This document shows, piece by piece, positions 21,769 to 35,390 of a DNA stretch of 64,000 nt (position 1 is the stretch's first letter; the number at the start of each line of letters is the position of its first letter). Location: positions 128,001-192,000 of the forward strand of contig CAWBZV010000014.1 of NCBI GenBank assembly GCA_963793305.1. The letters are read 5' to 3'. The stretch comes from an uncultured Gemmatimonadales bacterium (GTDB taxonomy: Bacteria; Gemmatimonadota; Gemmatimonadetes; Gemmatimonadales; Gemmatimonadaceae). The notes beneath the pieces were generated by a model that saw only the letters and a program-made list of their open reading frames with translations, ran no database searches and had not been told where the DNA came from. Both the position numbers and the translations under genes were made by a program.

Positions 21769-22899
21769 ATGCGCATCGTCGTCGTCAACTGGCAGGATCG
21801 CGAGAATCCGCAAGCCGGCGGAGCGGAGACGCATCTGCATGAGCTCTTTGGGCGTCTCGTCGGATACGGGCACGAGGTGTCACTCGTGTGTGCGGGTTGG
21901 CGCGGCGCGGCGGCGCGCGCGGAGCTCGATGGCATCCAGGTCTATCGGGTCGGGACGCGCCACACCTATCCCCTGCACGCCCGGCGCCACTACGAATCGC
22001 TCTTCCCACCCGGCACCCACGACATCCTCGTCGAGGATCTCAACAAGATCCCGCTGGCAACGCCGCAGTGGAAAGCGCCGCCGGTCGTTGGGCTGGTGCA
22101 CCATCTCTTCGGGCTGACGGCGTTTCGGGAGCTCGCGGCGCCACTGGCGAGTGCGGTCTGGCTCGCTGAGCGGCCGCTTCCGCTCATCTATCGGAATGTG
22201 CCGTTTCAGGCGGTCAGCGAAAGCACCGCCAGTGATCTGGTCGCTCGCGGAATCAAACGCGAGAACGTTACGGTCATCTTTCAGGGGGTCGACACTGGCT
22301 GGTATACCCCATGTGATACCGAGCGGACGACTGAGCCACGGTTCGCATACCTCGGTCGTCTAAAGAGATACAAAGGGGTGCATCTGGTCATTCGGGCCTT
22401 TGCGGAGGTCAGGCAGCGCTACCCAACGGCGACGTTGGATATCGCCGGGGCTGGCGACTACCGGCCTAAGCTGGAGCGACTCACAAGCTCGCTTGACCTC
22501 GGGGAGAGCGTACGGTTTCTTGGCAGAGTGTCCGAGCGGGAGAAGTTGGCGCTCTTGAGGCGGTCGTGGGCGCTGTTGTTTGCGTCGCCGAAGGAGGGGT
22601 GGGGTATAACGAACCTCGAGGCGGCGGCGTGCGGTACGCCGGTGGTGGCCTCGAACTCACCCGGCATCCGGGAGTCCGTCATCGACGGCAAGACCGGCTA
22701 TCTCGTTCCGCATGGCGACATCCACGCGCTGGCCGACGCCCTTGGACGATTCGCGGGTGAGCCAGGGCTCGTACGTATGATGGGCGCCAACGGGCGGAAA
22801 TTTGCCGAGACCTTCACCTGGGATCGAGCCGCGACTGAGACCGAAGCGCACCTCTCTTCCGTTCTTGCGTACAGCAACCAAGCCACACACGGAGGGTAA
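21769..22899 (+). CDS. Glycosyltransferase family 4
   Basis: AGGAE, GRLKRYKG, EGWGITNLEAAACGTP. Confidence 0.92.
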   Translation: MRIVVVNWQDRENPQAGGAETHLHELFGRLVGYGHEVSLVCAGWRGAAARAELDGIQVYRVGTRHTYPLHARRHYESLFPPGTHDILVEDLNKIPLATPQWKAPPVVGLVHHLFGLTAFRELAAPLASAVWLAERPLPLIYRNVPFQAVSESTASDLVARGIKRENVTVIFQGVDTGWYTPCDTERTTEPRFAYLGRLKRYKGVHLVIRAFAEVRQRYPTATLDIAGAGDYRPKLERLTSSLDLGESVRFLGRVSEREKLALLRRSWALLFASPKEGWGITNLEAAACGTPVVASNSPGIRESVIDGKTGYLVPHGDIHALADALGRFAGEPGLVRMMGANGRKFAETFTWDRAATETEAHLSSVLAYSNQATHGG

Positions 22900-22903
22900 G
22901 CTC

Positions 22904-23236
22904 ATGGACGTCATCTTTCATGCCCACCACGCCGTCATCTCCGATCGAGTTCGTGCCCGAGCGCAGGAAGCAGTCGAGCGCGCGGCCGAGCGACTCAAGC
23001 GGAGCGTCGACGCCGTGGTGCGGTTTGAGGGAGACGGCCGAACGCGGCGCGTGGAGATCGTGCTCCATGCGCCACGGCATCGGAGGCTGGTCGCCGAGGG
23101 TCACGCCCCGTTCTTTGGCGCGGCGCTCGCAAATGCAATCCGGTGCATCGAAGCGCAATTGCGCAGCACCAAACGAACGCCCAAGGCTCGACGAGCCCGG
23201 CCCCCTGCATTGACACTGCGCGAGAGCCGCGCCTAA
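22904..23236 (+). CDS. hpf: HPF/RaiA ribosome hibernation protein
   Basis: HPF-like pattern (~110 aa, VEIVLH, LVAEG, IEAQLR), SD GGAGG, adjacent to hprK. Confidence 0.75.
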   Translation: MDVIFHAHHAVISDRVRARAQEAVERAAERLKRSVDAVVRFEGDGRTRRVEIVLHAPRHRRLVAEGHAPFFGAALANAIRCIEAQLRSTKRTPKARRARPPALTLRESRA

Positions 23237-23244
23237 CCTATCGA

Positions 23245-24228
23245 GTGCCACGAACCATCACGGTCGGCCACCTCTACGAGCGACTCCGCGACGCGCTGGA
23301 GCTCGAACAGGTGGTCGTCCCTGGTGGTGGCGGCCTGGGACTCGACCGGCCGATCACGTCATCCGAGGTCTCCTCTCCCGGTCTGGTCCTGGCCGGGTAC
23401 GTCGAGCGGTTCGCCGGGGGGCGCCTCTTGGTCTTAGGCGAGACCGAGATCTCGTATCTCAATTCACTCAGCGTTGAACACCGCCTCGCTTCGCTCCGGC
23501 GGTTTTTCGAGTTCCCGATCCCGGCATTGTTTATTACCAAGTCTCAAGGCCTGCCAGCGGGATTGGCTGAAATGGCGGCGGGTGCCGGGGTGCCGGTGTT
23601 TCGGTCCCCACTCAAAACCAACGAATTCTATCGGCGCATGTGGCCGATGCTCGAGGATGAATTCGCCGCATCGACGACGATCCACGGCTCGCTCGCCGAT
23701 GTCTTTGGCGTCGGGCTGTTGTTCATTGGAAAGAGCGGCATCGGCAAATCCGAGTGCGTCCTGGATCTCGTCGAACGAGGCCATAGACTGGTAGCGGATG
23801 ATCTGGTCATGGTGACGCGCCGAGGCCAGGATGTGCTCGTGGGACGGGGCCACGAGCTGCAAAGACATTTCATGGAAGTCCGCGGTATCGGCCTCGTGGA
23901 CGTCCGGGCGATATTTGGCATCCGCTCCGTGCGCCAGCAGAAGCGCATCGAGGTGATCGTCCAGTTGGAAGAATGGAATTCCGAAGCCGTGATCGACCGC
24001 ACCGGGCTGGATGGCGTCACCATGGAGATCCTCAATGTGCCTATCCCAAAGATCACGGTGCCCCTCAATCCGGGCAAAAACATTACGGTGGTCGCGGAGG
24101 TGATCGCGATGAACCATCTCTTGCGGTACTCTGGTGTCGACGCCGCCGAGGCGTTCAACGAGCGCTTGATCGCGCGCATGCGCGATGCCTCGTCCATCCG
24201 TCGCTACCTGCAGGAAGACGATGAGTGA
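23245..24228 (+). CDS. hprK: HPr kinase/phosphorylase
   Basis: HGSLADVFGVG, GKSGIGKSE, LVADD, MEVRGIG, PGKN. Confidence 0.96.
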   Translation: MPRTITVGHLYERLRDALELEQVVVPGGGGLGLDRPITSSEVSSPGLVLAGYVERFAGGRLLVLGETEISYLNSLSVEHRLASLRRFFEFPIPALFITKSQGLPAGLAEMAAGAGVPVFRSPLKTNEFYRRMWPMLEDEFAASTTIHGSLADVFGVGLLFIGKSGIGKSECVLDLVERGHRLVADDLVMVTRRGQDVLVGRGHELQRHFMEVRGIGLVDVRAIFGIRSVRQQKRIEVIVQLEEWNSEAVIDRTGLDGVTMEILNVPIPKITVPLNPGKNITVVAEVIAMNHLLRYSGVDAAEAFNERLIARMRDASSIRRYLQEDDE

Positions 24229-24619
24229 CGCGGCCGTCCGCGCCATCGTCGCCGGACACGGCGACTTCGCGACCGGGATGATCTCGGCCGTCGACCAGAT
24301 CACGGGCCGTGGCGGAGTCTTCGCGCCGATGACGAACCGCGACCTCTCCATGGAGGACATCACGAATGCGCTGGAGTCCCTCATCGATCACACTGGCGCC
24401 GCGGTCGTGTTCACGGATCTGCCGGCCGGGAGCGCGACCGTCGCCGCGCGGCGCGTGCAGCGCGCGCACCCCGATCTCGTCGTCGTGACGGCGATCAGTC
24501 TGCCCGTGCTGCTCGACTTCGTGTTCCAGGGCGACCTGGCCGCCGCCGATGCGGCGCGGCACGCCGTCGAGAAGGGGCACGGCGCCATGGCGATCGTGGG
24601 GTTACCCGGTGCCCGTTGA
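24221..24619 (+). CDS. Mannose-family PTS EIIA
   Basis: IVAGHGDFA, FTDLPAGS. Confidence 0.9.
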   Translation: MSDAAVRAIVAGHGDFATGMISAVDQITGRGGVFAPMTNRDLSMEDITNALESLIDHTGAAVVFTDLPAGSATVAARRVQRAHPDLVVVTAISLPVLLDFVFQGDLAAADAARHAVEKGHGAMAIVGLPGAR

Positions 24620-25106
24620 TCTCTATCGTATCGACGACCGCCGGATCCACGGACAGGTCGTCGTGGGCTGGGGCCAGCCGCTCGACCTGGGGTTCATCGT
24701 GCTCGTCGATGACGAGATCGCGTCCAGCGATTGGGAGCAAGAGCTCTATCGCATGGGCGTTCCGCCGGACATGGACGTGTTCTTCGAGAGCGTCGACAGC
24801 ATCGCCACGGATTTTGCGCGGTTTGCGCGAGACGCGCGGCACGGCATTTTGCTGACAAGCGACATCGACACGATGCGTCAGCTCGTCGAGCGCATGCCGA
24901 ACGCCATTCGGGCCGTCAACCTCGGCGGCATTCATCATCGGCCGGGACGAAGCCCGAAGCTGCGATACGTCTTTCTCGATGGGGCCGAAGAGGATGCGTT
25001 GCGCGGGCTCGCGTCGCGTGGCGTCGTCGTCAGCGCGCAGGATGTGCCAGCCGCGCGACCCATTCCGCTCGACGAGGTCTTGGCGCTCCATGGGGCCGCC
25101 AAGTGA
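24609..25106 (+). CDS. Mannose-family PTS EIIB
   Basis: RIDDRRIHGQVVVGW, VNLGG. Confidence 0.92.
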   Translation: MPVDLYRIDDRRIHGQVVVGWGQPLDLGFIVLVDDEIASSDWEQELYRMGVPPDMDVFFESVDSIATDFARFARDARHGILLTSDIDTMRQLVERMPNAIRAVNLGGIHHRPGRSPKLRYVFLDGAEEDALRGLASRGVVVSAQDVPAARPIPLDEVLALHGAAK

Positions 25107-25804
25107 ATTGGTTCAATCTCGTCCCGTTCGTGTTGCTGGGCGCCATCGTTGGGCTCGATGTCGTCAGCTTTCCGCAGGCCATGATTTCGCGCCCCATTGT
25201 CGCGGCCACCGCGAGCGCGGCCCTCGGCGGACATCCGGGGCTCGGGCTCGCCCTCGGTGCGACGCTCGAGCTCATCGCGCTCGAGATGCTGCCATTCGGG
25301 GCGTCCCGCTATCCCGAGTGGGGTTCGGCGGCCGTCGTCGGCGGGGCCATCATTGCCGGCACGCCAGGCCAAACTATCACGCCGACGGTCACCTCATCGG
25401 CCCTCGTGTTGGCCGTGCTGGCCGCTCTCGCCACTGCGTGGGTCGGCGGCTGGACCATGGTTATGCTGCGTCGTCTCAACGCGGTATGGGCGCGACGTGC
25501 CACGGCCATACTCGACACCGGATCGCCACGAACTGTCGATGGGCTGCAGATCAGAGGGTTGTGTGCGGATTTGCTTCGTGGGGCGCTGCTGACGGGGATC
25601 GCATTGGCCGTTCTCAATCCGATAGTAGACGCGGTCATTCACTTGTGGGGCGTGCCGCCTGCGCAGTCGCGAGCCGTTGTGGTGGGAGTCTCGGCGACGG
25701 TGGCCGTGGCGGCGGCTTGGAAGGTGTTTCATACGACCAAGGGCGCGCCTTGGTTCTTTCTCGCCGGATTGGCGGCGGGTGTTGCGTTGGCGTGGGCCCA
25801 ATGA
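25103..25804 (+). CDS. Mannose-family PTS EIIC
   Basis: MISRPIV, GATLEL, PFGASRYP; hydrophobic; position in the PTS operon. Confidence 0.88.
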   Translation: MNWFNLVPFVLLGAIVGLDVVSFPQAMISRPIVAATASAALGGHPGLGLALGATLELIALEMLPFGASRYPEWGSAAVVGGAIIAGTPGQTITPTVTSSALVLAVLAALATAWVGGWTMVMLRRLNAVWARRATAILDTGSPRTVDGLQIRGLCADLLRGALLTGIALAVLNPIVDAVIHLWGVPPAQSRAVVVGVSATVAVAAAWKVFHTTKGAPWFFLAGLAAGVALAWAQ

Positions 25805-26568
25805 CGGAGCCCACGCGAGTTCCACGCAAGACCTGGCTTGCCATGTTTACCCGGCTGCTCGCGGTGCAAGGATCCTGGAACTACGAGCTGCTCATGGGCA
25901 ACGGTATCGCTTTCGCGGCCGAGCCGGGCCTCCGCCTCTTGCCAGAAACGGAGTACCGAGAGGCGTTGGCCCGCCAGGGGCGCTATTTTAACTGCCACCC
26001 CTATCTCGCGTCTGTTGCCGTCGGCTCGCTGGTGCGAGCCGAGTTGGAGCACGTGCCGGGACCGAAGATCGACCGGTTTCGGACCGCGTTGTGTGGGCCG
26101 CTCGGGAGCGTGGGTGATCGATTGATTTGGGCCGGCTGGCTCCCGGCGTGCTCGCTCTTGGCGCTCGTGGTGTTTGGCGCCGGCGCGCCGGCATGGGTCG
26201 TGGTGACGGTATTTCTCGGGCTGTACAATGTCGGTCACTTGAGTCTGAGGGCGTGGGGATTATCGACGGGGCTTTCTTCAGGCATGCATGTCGCGAAAGC
26301 CCTCGCCGGCCCCGTGTTCCGGCGTGGCCCAGATGTGATAGCGAGAGCCGGCGCCTTGCTGGCTGGTATGGCGATTCCGGCGGCGTTGGCGCGAGTGGTG
26401 CGGCATGGACCAGCGCCCGGGTCCGCGGCGTTGTACGTCGATGTGGTGGCCGGCGTGTTAGCCGGCGGTGTGCTCCTGGTGCGTATGCACGGCCGCGTGG
26501 ACGGTTGGCGCATCGCGCTCGTGGTGCTGGCGGCGTTCGTCCTCTACGCGGTGTTACGGCATGGCTGA
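25801..26568 (+). CDS. Mannose-family PTS EIID
   Basis: QGSWNYE, YFNCHP, GPLGSVGDRLIW. Confidence 0.9.
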   Translation: MTEPTRVPRKTWLAMFTRLLAVQGSWNYELLMGNGIAFAAEPGLRLLPETEYREALARQGRYFNCHPYLASVAVGSLVRAELEHVPGPKIDRFRTALCGPLGSVGDRLIWAGWLPACSLLALVVFGAGAPAWVVVTVFLGLYNVGHLSLRAWGLSTGLSSGMHVAKALAGPVFRRGPDVIARAGALLAGMAIPAALARVVRHGPAPGSAALYVDVVAGVLAGGVLLVRMHGRVDGWRIALVVLAAFVLYAVLRHG

Positions 26569-26827
26569 ACGGAGCGTGAAGATCGTCAACAAGAATGGGC
26601 TCCACGCCCGGCCAGCGGCCGAGATCGTGAAGACCGCCTCGAAGTTCACGAGCGATATCATCATCGTGCGCGATGAGCTCGAGGTCAACGGGAAGAGCAT
26701 CATGGGCGTGATGATGCTCGCGGCCGAGTGCGGCTCGGAGGTGACGCTCCGCGCGACCGGCCCGGACGAGTCGGACGCGGTGGAGGCGATCGCGACACTC
26801 ATCTCCAGCAAGTTCGGAGAGAAATAG
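26561..26827 (+). CDS. ptsH: Phosphocarrier HPr
   Basis: GLHARPA (His15) and NGKSIMG (Ser46). Confidence 0.96.
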   Translation: MAERSVKIVNKNGLHARPAAEIVKTASKFTSDIIIVRDELEVNGKSIMGVMMLAAECGSEVTLRATGPDESDAVEAIATLISSKFGEK

Positions 26828-28603
26828 GTGGATCGGACGCTCGCGGGGCTGCCCGCGTCCCCGGGGATCGTCGTCGGGCCCGTGTACCTCTTGCGCTGGG
26901 AGGTGCCCGAGGTCGGTCATCGCATCATTGGCGACGATGCTATCCCCGAGGAGATCGAGCGTCTGCGCTCGGCGTTCGGCCGGGCAAAGGAACGCCTGCG
27001 CCACATTCGCGCGCGCGCGGAGGCACACGCCGGTCCGGACGAGGCGCGTATCTTCGACGCGCAGCTCATGATCCTCGAGGATCCGACGCTGCTCCAGGAG
27101 GTCGAGTCGGTGATTCACCAGAACTACGGGGCGGAAAAAGCCTTCGATCTGGTGATGCTGGAGCACCGCCAACGGTTCGCTCGCCAGACCCATGCGCTCT
27201 TGCGCGAGAAAGTCAGCGATCTGACGGACGTTCACATTCGGGTCCTGACGGCCTTACTGGATCTGCCCGACCACGATCCAGTCGACGTGCCGAAGGGTGC
27301 AAACGCGATTCTGTTGACCCATGATCTGACGCCGAGCCTGACCGTTCAGCTCGACCGCGAGGCTATCGTTGGCATCGCGACCGATGGCGGCACGGGCACT
27401 TCGCACGTAGCGATTCTGGCGCGATCACTCGGCCTTCCAGCCGTACTGGGCCTACGAGACGCGACGACGCGTCTCACCGGCGATGAGCGCGTGGTACTCG
27501 ATGGCTTCGCGGGCGTTCTCGTGGTCAACCCGACCGACGCCGAAGTCGATGCCTATCGCGTGCGGGCGAGAAGGGAAGCCGAGCGTCAGGCCGAGTTGCG
27601 GCATTTTGCGATGGCCGAGCCGATTACGAAAGACGGCGTGCGCATCACCGTCCTGGCCAACGTCGACTTGCCGGAAGAAGCGGAGAGTGCCGCGCAAAGT
27701 GGCGCGGAAGGCGTTGGCCTCATGCGCACCGAGTTTCTGGTGGTGGGACGAGCCACCATGCCTGACGAAGAAGAGCAGTATCGCTCGTACGCGCGGGTCG
27801 TCGAAGCGTTTGCCGGACAGCCGGTGGTGATCAGAACGTTCGATGTCGGCGGCGACAAGCTTCCCGCGGGAACGTACCCGGTCGAACAGAACCCGTTCCT
27901 CGGCTGGCGCGCGATCCGGATGTGTCTCGATGAGTCGGAGCTATTCAAGACGCAACTGCGCGCGCTGCTGAGAGCAGCCATGCACGGCGACGTGCGCATC
28001 ATGTTGCCGCTCGTCGTCACGCTGGATGAAGTCCATCAGGCGCGAACGCTGATCCAGGAGGCGGCCGAGGAGCTCGAAGCCCGGGGGACGGCGTACAGCG
28101 ACAGCGTGCCGATTGGCGTGATGATCGAGACGCCCGCGGCGGCGGTCGCGGTGGACACGTTCGCTCGGGATGTCGCGTTTTTCAGCATCGGCACCAACGA
28201 CCTCGTGCAGTACACGCTTGCCGTGGACCGCGGCAACGCGAACATGGCGTCGCGATTCACGCCATTGCATCCGGCGGTCCTCCGCCTGATCCAGCGCATC
28301 GCCGAGGTCGGCGACAGCAACGGCCTCGAGGTCGGGGTGTGCGGCGAGATGGCGTCAGAGCCGCTGATGGCGTTTGCGCTGATCGGCCTCGGGTTGCGAC
28401 AGCTTTCGGTGGCGCCACGCTCGGTGGCGTTGGTCAAGCGCCTCATTCGCGGCGTCGATGTCGAAACGGCGGCCGCGGCGGCCAAGGAAGCCATGTCCGC
28501 GTCGACCGCCGCGGCGGCCGAGCGCGGGTTGCGGCGGCGCTTGTTGGTGGCACTCGCCGATGACCCGATCCTAGGGGAGAACGGGTTGCCCAGCCCCGCG
28601 TGA
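26828..28603 (+). CDS. ptsI: PEP-protein phosphotransferase (Enzyme I)
   Basis: TSHVAILAR, GVGLMRTEF, NPFLGWRAIR, SIGTNDL, CGEMA. Confidence 0.96.
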   Translation: MDRTLAGLPASPGIVVGPVYLLRWEVPEVGHRIIGDDAIPEEIERLRSAFGRAKERLRHIRARAEAHAGPDEARIFDAQLMILEDPTLLQEVESVIHQNYGAEKAFDLVMLEHRQRFARQTHALLREKVSDLTDVHIRVLTALLDLPDHDPVDVPKGANAILLTHDLTPSLTVQLDREAIVGIATDGGTGTSHVAILARSLGLPAVLGLRDATTRLTGDERVVLDGFAGVLVVNPTDAEVDAYRVRARREAERQAELRHFAMAEPITKDGVRITVLANVDLPEEAESAAQSGAEGVGLMRTEFLVVGRATMPDEEEQYRSYARVVEAFAGQPVVIRTFDVGGDKLPAGTYPVEQNPFLGWRAIRMCLDESELFKTQLRALLRAAMHGDVRIMLPLVVTLDEVHQARTLIQEAAEELEARGTAYSDSVPIGVMIETPAAAVAVDTFARDVAFFSIGTNDLVQYTLAVDRGNANMASRFTPLHPAVLRLIQRIAEVGDSNGLEVGVCGEMASEPLMAFALIGLGLRQLSVAPRSVALVKRLIRGVDVETAAAAAKEAMSASTAAAAERGLRRRLLVALADDPILGENGLPSPA

Positions 28604-28664
28604 GCGATAATACTAACACCAGTGAGTCACGCAGTCCGCGGTTAGCCCCCCTCAATATTGCCCT

Positions 28665-31212
<2,548 letters not shown>

Positions 31213-31222
31213 GGGGGCTCGG

Positions 31223-31744
31223 ATGGTCGAGGTGGTGGTCGCCAAACTCGGGCTGGACAGTTCGACCAACAGCCATGTGGTCATCTTGCAGGAGAAGGAT
31301 GGCCACAGGCTGCTGCCCATTTGGATCGGTCAGCCCGAGGCTGACTCGATCGTGATGGAAATGAAGAACGTGAGGCGGGAGCGGCCGCTCACGCATGACC
31401 TCTGCAAGAACCTCATCGTTGGACTCGGCGGCACGCTGCGGCGTGTGCAGATCACGAAGGTACAGAAAAGTACCTACTACGCCGAGCTGCACGTCGCGCG
31501 GCCCGAGGGGCTGGTGCAGATCGACGCGCGGCCGTCCGACAGCATCGCCATCGCGCTCCGGCTCTCCGCGCCCATCTATGCCCAAGAGTCCCTGCTCACG
31601 GCCGTCGTCGAGGAGGAGGGTGAGGACTCCGTCGCGACGGCCGAGTCTCAGGCGCGGCTCGACGAGATGAAATTGACCGCCGAGCAACTCAAGGAGCGGC
31701 TCGAGAACCTGCGGCCAGAGGATCTCGGCAAGTTCAATATCTGA
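31223..31744 (+). CDS. Bifunctional nuclease (DUF151) family protein
   Basis: LPIWIG, RPLTHDL, DARPSDSIAIA. Confidence 0.92.
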   Translation: MVEVVVAKLGLDSSTNSHVVILQEKDGHRLLPIWIGQPEADSIVMEMKNVRRERPLTHDLCKNLIVGLGGTLRRVQITKVQKSTYYAELHVARPEGLVQIDARPSDSIAIALRLSAPIYAQESLLTAVVEEEGEDSVATAESQARLDEMKLTAEQLKERLENLRPEDLGKFNI

Positions 31745-32872
31745 ACTACGCCCTGCTCGGCCTCGCTTCGCTCGCCCTCGCCGGCGCCGGCGGCGATCAT
31801 GTCGATGGGCGGGTGCTGCGGCGCGTCGGCAAAGGCGTACAGCCGATCGCCGGCACGTGGGTCACGCTGCATTGCGTCGGGTCTGACACGGCCGGTCCGC
31901 TGGATTCGACACGGACCAAGGCCGACGGGCGGTACGCGTTCAACTACAAAAGAACGGGCGATCCGCAGGCCATTCTACTTCGTGTCGTCGACGTTCGATG
32001 GCGTCGCGTACTTCAGCCAGCCGTTGAGAGCCGCCGTCGAGACGGGTGACGATGCGCAGATCACGGTCTTCGACACGACGTTGCATGCGCTGGCGCTCAC
32101 GCTCCGTGGACGGCACCTGATCATCGCGGGGCCTGGCCAGGATGGCCTGCGGACGATCGTGGAAGTGTTCGAGGTCTCGAACGACAGCTCGATGACGCTC
32201 GTCGCCGGAGGACCGAACGCGGATCGTCCGACGTGGACCACGCTCTTGCCGGCGGGCGCCACGCGCTTTCGCGTCGGACAAGGCGATATCGCGGCCGACG
32301 CCGTGACCGCGACGAATGGACGCGTCGACGTCTTCGCGCCGTTCGCGCCTGGCGTGAAACAGTTCTCGTTCTCGTTCGCGCTCCCGCAGAGCGCGTTTCC
32401 GGTCGCGCTGCCGCTCGAGCACCCGACCGGCATGATCGAGGCGTTGACGGAGGAGCCCGCGGCGACGGTGCGCTCGCCGGCGCTCGCGCCGACGGCGGCG
32501 GTGACGGTTCAGGGCCAGACGTTCCAACGTTTCGTTGGGGAGAACACGCCGGCCAGCGGCGTCCTGCGCATCGATGTCCCGGCGCCTCCCGTGAGCGGCC
32601 AGCCGATCTACATGGCCGCGCTGATCGCGGTCGTCGGCGGCGCGTTGCTGCTCGGGCTCGCGCGAGCGTTCACACGCCCGGTCCTGCGCGCGATCGCGCC
32701 CGAGGGCGAACGGGAGCGCCTGGCGCGCGAGATCGCCGAGTTGGACGATGCGTTCGGGCGGAGTCCTTCTCCGTCACAACGAGCGCGGGCGACCTACACC
32801 ACGAAACGCGATGCGCTCAAAGCCGAGCTCACCAATGCGCTGGCTGCTGCTCCTCGCGCTCACCGCGTGTAG
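31741..32872 (+). CDS. Hypothetical membrane-anchored protein with carboxypeptidase-regulatory-like N-terminal domain, frameshifted at ~31973
   Basis: Hydrophobic N-terminus, 'DSTRTKADGRYAF' motif, C-terminal TM helix and coiled coil. ORFs 31813 and 31799 join on removing one T. Start codon uncertain. Confidence 0.65.
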
Positions 32873-33662
32873 CGGCAGCCACCAAGCGTCGCCGCGCGAT
32901 CGCGCGACCGACGATTTTGGTGACACCGTTCCGGTTGGGTTGGCGGCCCGTCGCATCGCGTCGCTCAACCCCGCGACGACCGAGTTGCTCTTCGCCATGG
33001 GCGACGGAGGCCGGCTCGTCGGCCGCACGCACTGGGATGACTATCCGCCCGCAGCGGCTGCCGTGCCGGACCTCGGCAACGGACTGCGGCCGAATATCGA
33101 GGCGGTGCTCGCCGTGCATCCCGATCTCGTGCTGCTCTACGCCAGCGCCGACAATCGGTCGACCGCGCTCAAGCTGCACGAGCTCGGCGTCGCGACGCTG
33201 TCCATCAAAGTCGATCACATCGCCGACTTCGCGCGGGAGGCTCGCCTTCTGGGGCGGGTGCTCGGCGATTCCGCGGCCGCCGCGACGGTGGTCGACTCGG
33301 TCCAGCGCACGCTCGACCGCGTGCGCGCGGCCACGGCTTCGCTGCCGCATCCGACGGTCTTCTGGGTCGTCTGGGAGTCGCCACTGATGGCCGTCGGTGG
33401 CGGCAGCTTTCTCGACGAGCTGATCACGATCGCCGGGGGAACCAATATTTATGGCGCGATGAGTGCGCCATCTCCCGTCGTCTCGCGCGAGGACGTCATG
33501 AGCCATCACCCGGACGTGATCTTTACGTCTCCCCAGGGGGCCAAAGATTGGAGCGGCCGGGTACTCGTGCCGGACACGACGCTCATTGGCCACCCATCCG
33601 TGCGACTCGGCGAAGCCGCCGTCTCGTTGGCCAATCTGTTGCACCCGGGAGTGATAAAGTAG
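32835..33662 (+). CDS. btuF: Helical-backbone (BtuF-like) periplasmic binding lipoprotein
   Basis: LALTAC lipobox, RIASLNPATTE, DDYP, PNIEAVL, AGGTNI. Confidence 0.8.
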   Translation: MRWLLLLALTACSGSHQASPRDRATDDFGDTVPVGLAARRIASLNPATTELLFAMGDGGRLVGRTHWDDYPPAAAAVPDLGNGLRPNIEAVLAVHPDLVLLYASADNRSTALKLHELGVATLSIKVDHIADFAREARLLGRVLGDSAAAATVVDSVQRTLDRVRAATASLPHPTVFWVVWESPLMAVGGGSFLDELITIAGGTNIYGAMSAPSPVVSREDVMSHHPDVIFTSPQGAKDWSGRVLVPDTTLIGHPSVRLGEAAVSLANLLHPGVIK

Positions 33663-34612
33663 GTGCGGCGTCTCTGGGTGGGTGCCGTGATCGTGCTGTT
33701 TGTTTTGTTCATAGTTGCCCTGGCGGTTGGCCCGGTGGCGATCCCGATGCACGACCTGTGGAGCAGCGAGATCGTCCGCGCGGTACGCCTGCCGCGTGCC
33801 GTGCTGGCGCTGCTCGTCGGCGCCGGCCTCGGGATGAGTGGTGGCGCGCTCCAAGGCGTGCTCCGGAATGGGCTGGCCGAGCCGTACCTGCTCGGCGTGT
33901 CCGGCGGTGCGGCCGTCGGCGCGGTCGTGGCCGCGATGCTCGGACTCGCCGGACCGGCGACGACACCGCTCGCCGCGCTCATCGGCGCGGTGGCGGCGGT
34001 GGTGCTGGTGCTGATCGTCGCTCGGGTGGGTGGCGGGCGAGGCGCGGATCCGCGTGTGCTGATCATGGCTGGCGTGGTCGTCGGCGCCTTCGCGAATGCC
34101 GCTATCATGGTCGCGCTGGCATCGGCGCCGGCGGATACCGTTCGCGGGGCCGTCTGGTGGATGATGGGGTCTGTGGCCGACGCGAATTGGCCCGGGATCG
34201 CGTGGCTGGCGGGCTACGTCGCGGTCGGCGGCTCCCTGTTGCTCCTCTGGGCGCCGGAGATCGACGCGCTCGCCCTGGGAGACGAGGCCGCCGCGGCGAT
34301 CGGCGTCGACGTTGACCGGGCGAGCCGGCGGATCTTTCTCGCTGCCGCCACCGTTGCCGCGGCGACCGTCGCGGCGGCGGGTCTCGTCGGGTTCGTCGGG
34401 CTCGTCGTCCCACACATTGCCCGCAGCGGTGGCGCCCGTGCGTCTCGCGCCATCCTCGGGGCCTCGGCCCTCGTGGGGGCCGCGCTGGTGCTCGCGGCCG
34501 ACATTGCGGCCCGCACGGCTCGGGCGCCGGCCGATCTGCCACTCGGCGCGATTACGGCCCTCGTCGGTGTTCCGTTCTTTCTGTCCGATTGCGCCTTCGG
34601 CGCTCGCCGTGA
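33663..34612 (+). CDS. btuC: FecCD/BtuC-type ABC permease, frameshift near the 3' end (~34584)
   Basis: RLPR, RNGLAEPYLLGVSGGA, GFVGLVVPH, GVPFF. A corrected frame ends at TGA 34610-34612. Confidence 0.82.
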
Positions 34613-35381
34613 TCACCGTTCGCGACCTCGTGGTGCGGTACGACGGCGCGCCAAGTTGGCGTTCGACGGTGTGACCTTGGGAGCCGAGAGGGGCGCGTTA
34701 ACGGCACTCGTTGGCCCGAATGGCAGCGGGAAGAGCACGCTGGTGCGAGCGATGATCGGGCGCGTACCGGTCGAGCGGGGCAGCATTCGCATCGATGAGG
34801 AGGACGCGCTGGCGCTGTCCCGTCGCGCGTTCGCCAGGCGGGTAGCCGTGGTCACGCAACGCGATGAGCCGGCGTTTCCGCTGCTCGGCCGCGAGTACAT
34901 CGCGCTGGGACGCTATGCGCATGGCGGGTTGTTCCGAACGGCGCAGAGCGACGATCCGGCGGTCGACGAGGCCGCCGAGCGAGCGGGGGTCACGGCGTTC
35001 CTGGAGCGGCGGACGGACCAGCTATCCGGCGGGGAGTGGCAGCGGCTGCGTATCGCCAGGGCGTTGGCGCAGGGTGGTGAAGCGCTGGTGCTCGATGAGC
35101 CGACGACCTTCTTGGATATCGGGCATGAAATGGCGCTCTTCGAGCTCCTGGCGGATCTCGCGCGGAGTGGCTTGGCCGTGCTGCTCGTGAGCCATCAGCT
35201 CAACCTCGTCGCGAGGTTCGCGGGACACGTCGTCCTACTACACCATGGCCGCGTGGTGGCCGCAGGGTCGCCCACAAACGTTATGCAGGCGCCGGTGCTG
35301 GAGTCGGTGTACGAGTGGCCGCTCGTCGTCACGCACGATCCCGCCGTCGGCGCGCCAATGTTGGTGCCGCTCCGACGTTAG
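34609..35381 (+). CDS. btuD: BtuD/FecE-type ABC ATPase, frameshift at ~34652
   Basis: VITVRDLVVRY start in another frame, then GPNGSGKST, LSGGE, LDEPT, SH. Confidence 0.82.
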
Positions 35382-35390
35382 ACTTCGGGT

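Noticed and set aside
28604..28664. SAM riboswitch upstream of metK
   Set aside because: Only about 60 nt, with a weak CTAAC/GTTAG pairing and no recognisable SAM-class consensus. An Rfam scan would settle it.
33663..35381. Apparent permease-ATPase fusion (572 aa)
   Set aside because: The ATPase N-terminus (VITVRDLVVRY) lies in another frame. Two single-base deletions explain the join.
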